From Trypanosoma brucei (Eukaryota): a stretch of 64,000 bases of DNA. Under the pieces are notes generated by a model. That model made no database searches and was not told the origin of the DNA. It saw only the letters and a program-made list of their open reading frames with translations. Shown piece after piece: positions 59,301-64,000 of this stretch. Made by a program: the position numbers and the translations under genes. Each line of letters begins with the position of its first letter. Position 1 is the stretch's first letter. Location: the NCBI GenBank assembly GCA_000002445.1, contig CP000071.1, positions 960,001 through 1,024,000 of the forward strand, read 5' to 3'.

Positions 59301-60924
59301 AACCATCTGTCAAATGCTGAGGGCCGGGTCTCTACTTTGTGTAACAGATGCACTCATTGATGTTGGTGGATGCGGCAAACGGTGGAACATCGTTCACACG
59401 ATTCACCACTACGCGAACGCTATTACTGCTGGTACCATTGAGAGGACAAAAGGCATTCGTGAGGCTGTAGCAATGGTGCGCGTGTATCTATTTGTACTTC
59501 TCAGTACAATATACATTGATGCACAAGGGGATTATGACGCCAGAGAACCATTCAATTTATGGCTGGAGCGGCGTGTTGAGGTAGCAAATATCCTTAGTGG
59601 TCTGGAGCAACGTGCAGAAAAGGCCTTCAAGTACATCACGCCAAGTAGTGTGGGAATACCAAGTGTCGTACATCGCCGCGGTGACGTGCTTACTGCGAAC
59701 TACGCTTTGAAGGCGGACCACTTTCCGGGATGCCAAAAGAAAGGAATCCGCCCGGAGGTGTGCGGTGCGCCTAACTTCCGCAAAGTGAGGGATGTCAATG
59801 TGTACGGTGTTGCAATTCCTACAATCTTGGGTATTCGCAACATCCTCTCCCTTCTTGGTGCCAGTTTTGAGTCCCTTGAAACATATGAAGGAGAACAAAA
59901 TGATATGGATCTTCATTTGGGATTTGCCGCGCCCCGGCTATTTGATCCGCGCTTCCAAACAGAAACTTTATCCAAGCCTCTTCGAGGACATGTTGTTTGG
60001 GTCAATCTCCGTGAGGAACCGATTCTGTACGTTGGTGATAAGCCATTCGTCCTCCGCAATCTCGAAACGCCGTACGTAAATGTGGAGCTTACGGGTATTG
60101 CCGCTGATGAGGTGGAGCGTGTTGAGCGACAATTACGGCAGGATGTGCTGAAGGAAGCGGAAGAAAACGAGGGATTGTTCCTTATCCACGATGAAGAAAC
60201 ACCAGGTGAACTAGTTGGCGTATGCAAGCCGGTCACAACAGAAATGGTCAAAACGTTACGGGATGTTTATGACGATTTTGTCTCGAACGGTTGCCGTGTT
60301 ACGTTGTTACGCCTGCCAGTGACTGACGAACAAAGTCCTACGGAAGGGAACTTTGATGCCCTCGTCGAGGCGCTTCTGCCGCACATTACGGCACACATGG
60401 ACCGTCGCGAGACGTTGTCATTTGTGTTTAACTGCCAGATGGGGCGGGGCCGAACCACAACCGGAATGGTGGTTTGTTGTTTACTCATTGGTTTGGTAAT
60501 GCCCGAGTACTACAAGGAGTTAGACAGCATTTATGACCCTCTTTACAAGGAGGAAGATTCCAAACTGGCATGTGGTGAGTACAGATGTATCAGCGACCTG
60601 AAGCGGACACTCACAGGCGGTCGCGAGGCAAAACACCGTGTTGATTTAGTAATTGAAGCGTGTTCAACGATGCAGAACCTTCGTACTGCCATTGAATTCT
60701 TTGCTCTTCAGGTGCAGTCACCTGATGTAACGGAGGAGCAGCGCGGTCGGGCTCACCACCACGGTGTGCATTACCTGCGACGCTATTTCAATCTTATTGC
60801 CTTCGCTGCATATTTAGAGGAGGAGTACGACGCTATGAAAAAGCGAGTGCGGTGCTCCTTTTCTCGCTGGCTGGCTCAGCGCCGTGACGTCACCACACTG
60901 TGTGACTCTGCCGCATTAAAATAA
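56368..60924 (+). CDS. Paladin-like protein with three tandem PTP-like phytase-type repeats: two intact CX5R catalytic loops and one degenerate.
   Basis: ATG at 56368. The N-terminal roughly 290 aa contain an acidic stretch (EEYEDEEEEEDSE) and a coiled-coil. Three repeats share blocks such as VVWVNLREEPLVYINNEAHIVRQ / IMWLSLRAEPMVFINEMGYTLVD / VVWVNLREEPILYVGDKPFVLRN. Catalytic loops: FNCQTGRGKTSA (about 57945-57978), FNCQMGRGRTTT (about 60430-60463), and a Cys-less middle repeat IINDTQGSVRTT (about 59071-59100). Confidence 0.7.
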   Translation: MKQKETASDINGARSLQGSAGTVASPRPPTVYKTYGGSSHLPLIGRLQRAVRRPGSRSRLTLTTSGSSEELTNLKQLLQTQKDRLSRRCQMIDDSLEDCSANRENGTAGIVEGGEEGGKEGVTCPAIRRLAERMLGHVNPETNDLEEYEDEEEEEDSEVRALEDDLCRREARLNIIKDKMKRLWVEKQISPAAAVPPPEPTVLAATTDQEVIDVAEMMYKFASGTSRDNENGKEKMEGSSSIIVGDQQVFDDGISDATAISITDSPATVRPSGAIKSEERACLVPLRSSSLGRLTSGARVFMDLLPNMRDIIVLSPGEVGVARRGDILSENHILKVDSQEALRSRKGAMGIISGAPYFRMVPKLNVAGVGQPRASAVRTIVNELRRVMDGLVVWVNLREEPLVYINNEAHIVRQRSDPTTPIIIPHVTGKSIALIDDKLKKEVIREASENSGNVSVHMEGKDGHMEDQWESVEKDQVFTLEEVFRPLRTNIVYHRLPITQNVGPQPGDFDFVFDLCSDDPRKMIIFNCQTGRGKTSAMMTIASIVRFYQLFAHDAVLDASLLRTEGRCFSFRTIKTIVSLIPNGKLHERRLLVLLDLSDKVYSIADHINNAFTSGTTPAEEAIMHLKQYAYFLVFSYYCEQRIWSFSTKQPFSQWLLGNNEIKLLLERIETMEEEFKEERIAAPVSEAGDFDTDPVRKRRGTVLSANRILCSFPFFASGKEETIGSLRQLAPGVPIFTCGRLTEEGRQCVVKDMRHYFPGKIMWLSLRAEPMVFINEMGYTLVDYDVTTYGKGGEGITMHTSLHAIEQMEERLRRDVLLEAQEHKGYILLHNFDETGKRKAMQIKACSVRTPRSIMTDFAATYDVSYFRIPIPLSGEMLPSDVDPLLEHLSKNTKDTTVFIINDTQGSVRTTVALNILTMYRVSRTCNLRSMSNPARIAAALRTGNSDVVLPQVDIIAYQGRVTDSATRNYKELQVASTICQMLRAGSLLCVTDALIDVGGCGKRWNIVHTIHHYANAITAGTIERTKGIREAVAMVRVYLFVLLSTIYIDAQGDYDAREPFNLWLERRVEVANILSGLEQRAEKAFKYITPSSVGIPSVVHRRGDVLTANYALKADHFPGCQKKGIRPEVCGAPNFRKVRDVNVYGVAIPTILGIRNILSLLGASFESLETYEGEQNDMDLHLGFAAPRLFDPRFQTETLSKPLRGHVVWVNLREEPILYVGDKPFVLRNLETPYVNVELTGIAADEVERVERQLRQDVLKEAEENEGLFLIHDEETPGELVGVCKPVTTEMVKTLRDVYDDFVSNGCRVTLLRLPVTDEQSPTEGNFDALVEALLPHITAHMDRRETLSFVFNCQMGRGRTTTGMVVCCLLIGLVMPEYYKELDSIYDPLYKEEDSKLACGEYRCISDLKRTLTGGREAKHRVDLVIEACSTMQNLRTAIEFFALQVQSPDVTEEQRGRAHHHGVHYLRRYFNLIAFAAYLEEEYDAMKKRVRCSFSRWLAQRRDVTTLCDSAALK

Positions 60925-61506
60925 ACATTAGAGGGGGGAAGTGCAGTGATTTTTTTTTTTCACTGTTTGTTGTTGTTGTTACCTTCGGTGACGTTGTGTT
61001 ATCGATATTTGTACGTTTAGGGTGTCACGCAATGGAATAACGGAAAAATAAACAAGATAAATTTCCAGAGATTTAAAGGGAGAAAAAGCGGCTACTAACA
61101 AAAGGGGGAGGTGGGAGCGGATGCTAATGGAAGGATGTGTACTGCCGGACTAAATGTACAAAATAAAGATTTTGAAAACTAAAGGAAAAAACAAAATTAA
61201 AAGGAAATTAAAAGAAAAGAAATAGCACGAAGGGTGGGATGAGTTTTGTTGCGAAGGGGATGAGAAGAATGGAAATCGCTCGGTGTTTGCGTGTGCGGAT
61301 GTGCTTGTTTCTTTCCCCCTTTTGCAGAAGGCGGTTTTGTTTTGTTTCTTTTTTTCTTTTTCTTTTCTTCTTTAACTTATCTCTTCACTTTTTGTTTTTT
61401 CTTAAATTAGGTTCACTCAAGGCACACGGGTAACGGGTTTGGTTAATAATTGGAGCCATGAGGCATCGATTTCTCTCTTTTTTTTTTATATATATGTTCG
61501 CGTTCT

Positions 61507-61550
61507 TGTTTGTCTGTCTGTTTGTTTGTTTGTTTGTTTGTTCGTTTTTT
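61507..61550 (+). repeat. (GTTT)n / (GTCT)n tetranucleotide microsatellite.
   Basis: The sequence tgtttgtctgtctgtttgtttgtttgtttgtttgttcgtttttt. Confidence 0.9.
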
Positions 61551-61750
61551 GTTATTCGTGAAATCTAATAGGAAGGTGGAGCGACACCAAAACGAAAACG
61601 CCCTCGTAAGGGGACGGAAGAATGGGTGTGGTGACTGTTGTCGAGACATTAAAGCAACCGGAAATCAAAAAAAAAATAATAATAAAAGAAAGAGGAAAAA
61701 ATAATGACTAAGAAAATAAAACAAACCGATGGGGAAAATAGCAAGTGATA

Positions 61751-61752
61751 TG

Positions 61753-61785
<33 letters not shown>

Positions 61786-61792
61786 TTGTTTG
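61751..61792 (+). repeat. Compound (TA)n-(TG)n microsatellite.
   Basis: The sequence tgtatatatatatatatatatatgtgtgtgtgtgtgtttgtttg. Confidence 0.9.
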
Positions 61793-62261
61793 AAAAAAAA
61801 AAAAGAAAAAACTTATTTTGGAGCCAACGCAATCATTACGGTGTTGAAATTTAGTCCTGTGATTATGTTTTCCTCCCTCTTTCTGTCACTTTATCTCATT
61901 TCGTTAATTTTCTTTCTTTTGCTTTTTTTTTTTTAGTCATACGCATGCATACATATTTTCATATACTTACAAATATTTGTTTGTATTCGTATTGTTTGTG
62001 TCTCACTGATCGAATGGATTTTCTGCACGTGTTTAATATCCGGTCCAACCGATGCGATTTTTCTGCCCCAAATGTAAATTTTTCTTTTCACTTTTTTCGG
62101 AGAGGCTCAAGAAAAAAAAAAGCCGATCCAAATGTATTGTTTTTTCCCCCATTCTTTTTGTCTTCTCTTCCCCTATAACTCAAATGCACGTATGTATATA
62201 TAAATAAATATATTTATTTTTTTCTTTTTATACGTATGTACATCTTGTATTATATTAGCAA

Positions 62262-62413
62262 ACATACACACACACACACACATCAGGTAAGCGGAGAGTT
62301 TCCCTTAAATAAATATATATATATATAATAAATAAATAAATAAATTTATTTATTTATTTATGCATTCGTTTTTGTTGTTTTCTTTTTGCGTGTGTGTGTG
62401 TGTGTGTGTGTGT
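62262..62413 (+). repeat. Composite inverted-repeat element: (CA)10 - spacer - (AAAT)n(TTTA)n perfect palindrome - spacer - (GT)12.
   Basis: (CA)n at 62262-62282; (TA)n and (AAAT)4-5 at 62311-62346 abutting (TTTA)4 at 62347-62362 (palindrome centred on aaattt); (GT)12 at 62389-62413. (CA)n and (GT)n on the same strand are mutually reverse-complementary. Confidence 0.85.
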
Positions 62414-63635
62414 CAGGAGTGGTTTTTGTTTGCTTAGTTGCTCCTTGCTTATACCTATTATATTTACTTCTAAAAGACCGCCATACTTTACACTTTTTTC
62501 TTTTTTTAAAAAAAAATTGTCTCCCACCCCGCAACCCACACAAAGAGTAAAAGAAAAAATAAATAAATAGAAACACCCAGTTCCTTCTTGGTTTAATTTT
62601 TTATTTTTCATTTTACTTTTGGTTTATTGCTTACATTTCTTCACGGTCCTTACTTAAAGCCGAGCCCGCTTTTCTCGTCCTTCCAATTCTCTTCACCACT
62701 GCCTCTGTCGCGTTTTTTTTCCTTTTATTTATGGTGACGTGAGGGAAAGAAACGAAAATAGCGTGACGGGGATTTTTTTTTCCCCTTTTCAAATTTGATT
62801 ATTCAATACGCCAACTCTTATCAAACGAAAATTCATTATTTTCCTCCACTGTGCCTCCATCAAACGAGTTTGTTGTTGTGTGTTGTTTTTGTTTTTGTTT
62901 TTGTTGCCATTTGTTGTATCTATCTACATTAATTCACTTAAGTTTCTGTTCGTGTTGCTGTTGGGGGTGTCGATGTCGTTGATTATTATTTTTATTGTTC
63001 ATTACACTCGGCGTGTTTCCTTTTCCTTTTGCTTCTCACCGTTTTTTTTTTATTTCTCCTTCCGGTTTGATGCGTGGTTGCCGAGGCGTATGTGAAATAA
63101 GTGCGTCTTGTATTTGTATTTTGTGTTGCGGTCCATTTATTAACCGCATAACCATCTCAGCTGCAACACTTGTTTTCGGTGTTTGTTTGTTTGATTGTTT
63201 AGTTTCCCTGTATGGCTTCTTCTTGTGTGTTCACGCTTAGAAAATGAGAAAAAAAGATGAGGGCAAAACTTTTAGAAAAAAAGCGAAGAGGGTTGCCGAT
63301 ATGGTTGGGATGAGGAGCGAATAGAAGAAGAGAGTTGAATCTATTACCTTTTAAGGAAGCAGAAGATTGAAAAGTTGAGTAACCAAACAAAATCTGTTTA
63401 GAGTGCCGTCGTTACTTCCGTTTTCTCCCTTCTTCTTACTTTTATGGAAAGCTGTTGTAACACCACGCGTTTTCAAGTAACTACCTGCATTTTATGATTC
63501 TTCGCAGCACCTTACTTCACTCATTCTTTAATCTATTGAATCATATTTTGCACATATTTGCGTATTTAATGTATATTTATATGGAGCCAGAGGCATTGTT
63601 GTTATAAGGCTGGGAACAGGAAAGAAAGTGCTCAC

Positions 63636-64000
63636 ATGCACGAGTTGGAGTTGCCATTCCAGTGGGATGACGGCACGTGTATATCTCCTTTCGTAGCCAC
63701 CAGTAATAACACACTTGTAGCGCTCTCCAAGTGGCTCCATGACGTCGTACTGCAGCACGGGGAGAATAATTCGCTGCGGCTCACGGATTTGGGTTGTGGC
63801 GATGGCGCTGCTTTACTGCAACTCTGTTGTGAACTTTTTTTACTTCAAACTAAGTCCTGTCCTCTGCATCTTATCGCTGTTGGAGTAGATATTGACGAAT
63901 CGCTCATAACCGATGCAAGGCGGGCTGCAGCGGATGCCGTAGCAAAAGTTCCATCCCCCCATCAACTGCAACATGACTTCGCGGTGGCTGACTTGCGAGG
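63636..64000 (+). CDS. Putative class I SAM-dependent methyltransferase, 3'-truncated at the window end.
   Basis: ATG at 63636 is the first in-frame ATG after the stop at 63567. The frame is open to base 64000. SAM-binding motif I LTDLGCGDGAALL and a post-I acidic strand VGVDIDESL. Pyrimidine-rich tracts at 63409-63445 and 63500-63540 lie upstream. It is not in the ORF track because no stop falls within the window. Confidence 0.5.
   Translation, partial: MHELELPFQWDDGTCISPFVATSNNTLVALSKWLHDVVLQHGENNSLRLTDLGCGDGAALLQLCCELFLLQTKSCPLHLIAVGVDIDESLITDARRAAADAVAKVPSPHQLQHDFAVADLR

Overview
This window reads as one directional gene cluster from a kinetoplastid nuclear genome. I cannot support any prokaryotic features (CRISPR arrays, operon promoters, Rho-independent terminators), and I find no evidence of a novel defence-type system.

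Organism and architecture:
- Coding GC is about 50%, with no introns.
- All credible genes lie on the + strand, tightly packed and separated by pyrimidine-rich tracts followed by AG, i.e. candidate trans-splice acceptor regions.
- Intergenic regions carry abundant (TA)n, (CA)n/(GT)n and A/T homopolymers.
- My best guess is Trypanosoma, possibly the T. brucei group; the species is uncertain.

Start codons:
- The supplied ORF track uses non-ATG starts (GTG/TTG). I confirmed this at positions 41, 22290, 24604, 26127, 32404, 34764, 37228, 38908, 41098 and 53969.
- I re-set each gene to its first in-frame ATG downstream of the pyrimidine tract.

Gene content: I call 21 + strand CDS. Those with a recognisable product:
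- a C-5 sterol desaturase;
- a 4674-aa axonemal-type dynein heavy chain;
- the DNA polymerase zeta catalytic subunit (REV3);
- Elongator ELP3 (radical-SAM plus GNAT);
- a mitochondrial carrier;
- a thioredoxin-fold protein;
- a POLQ/HEL308-type Ski2-like DNA helicase;
- MOG1;
- the N-terminal half of a split succinate dehydrogenase iron-sulfur subunit (SDH2N);
- a DHHC palmitoyltransferase;
- a large paladin-like protein with three PTP-like phytase-type repeats, two with intact CX5R loops and one degenerate;
- a 3'-truncated SAM-dependent methyltransferase running off the window end.
- The remaining CDS are hypotheticals, including a metallo-beta-lactamase (MBL)-fold protein; several have mitochondrial-presequence-like N-termini.

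All minus-strand ORFs are antisense shadows or low-complexity artefacts.

Most worth follow-up: the triple-repeat paladin-like pseudo/phosphatase, the split SDHB half, and a 2.7 kb gene-free microsatellite block (60925..63635). The block contains a CA-repeat / (AAAT)n(TTTA)n palindrome / GT-repeat structure with cruciform potential. Long homopolymeric G runs also lie immediately 5' and 3' of the dynein gene.
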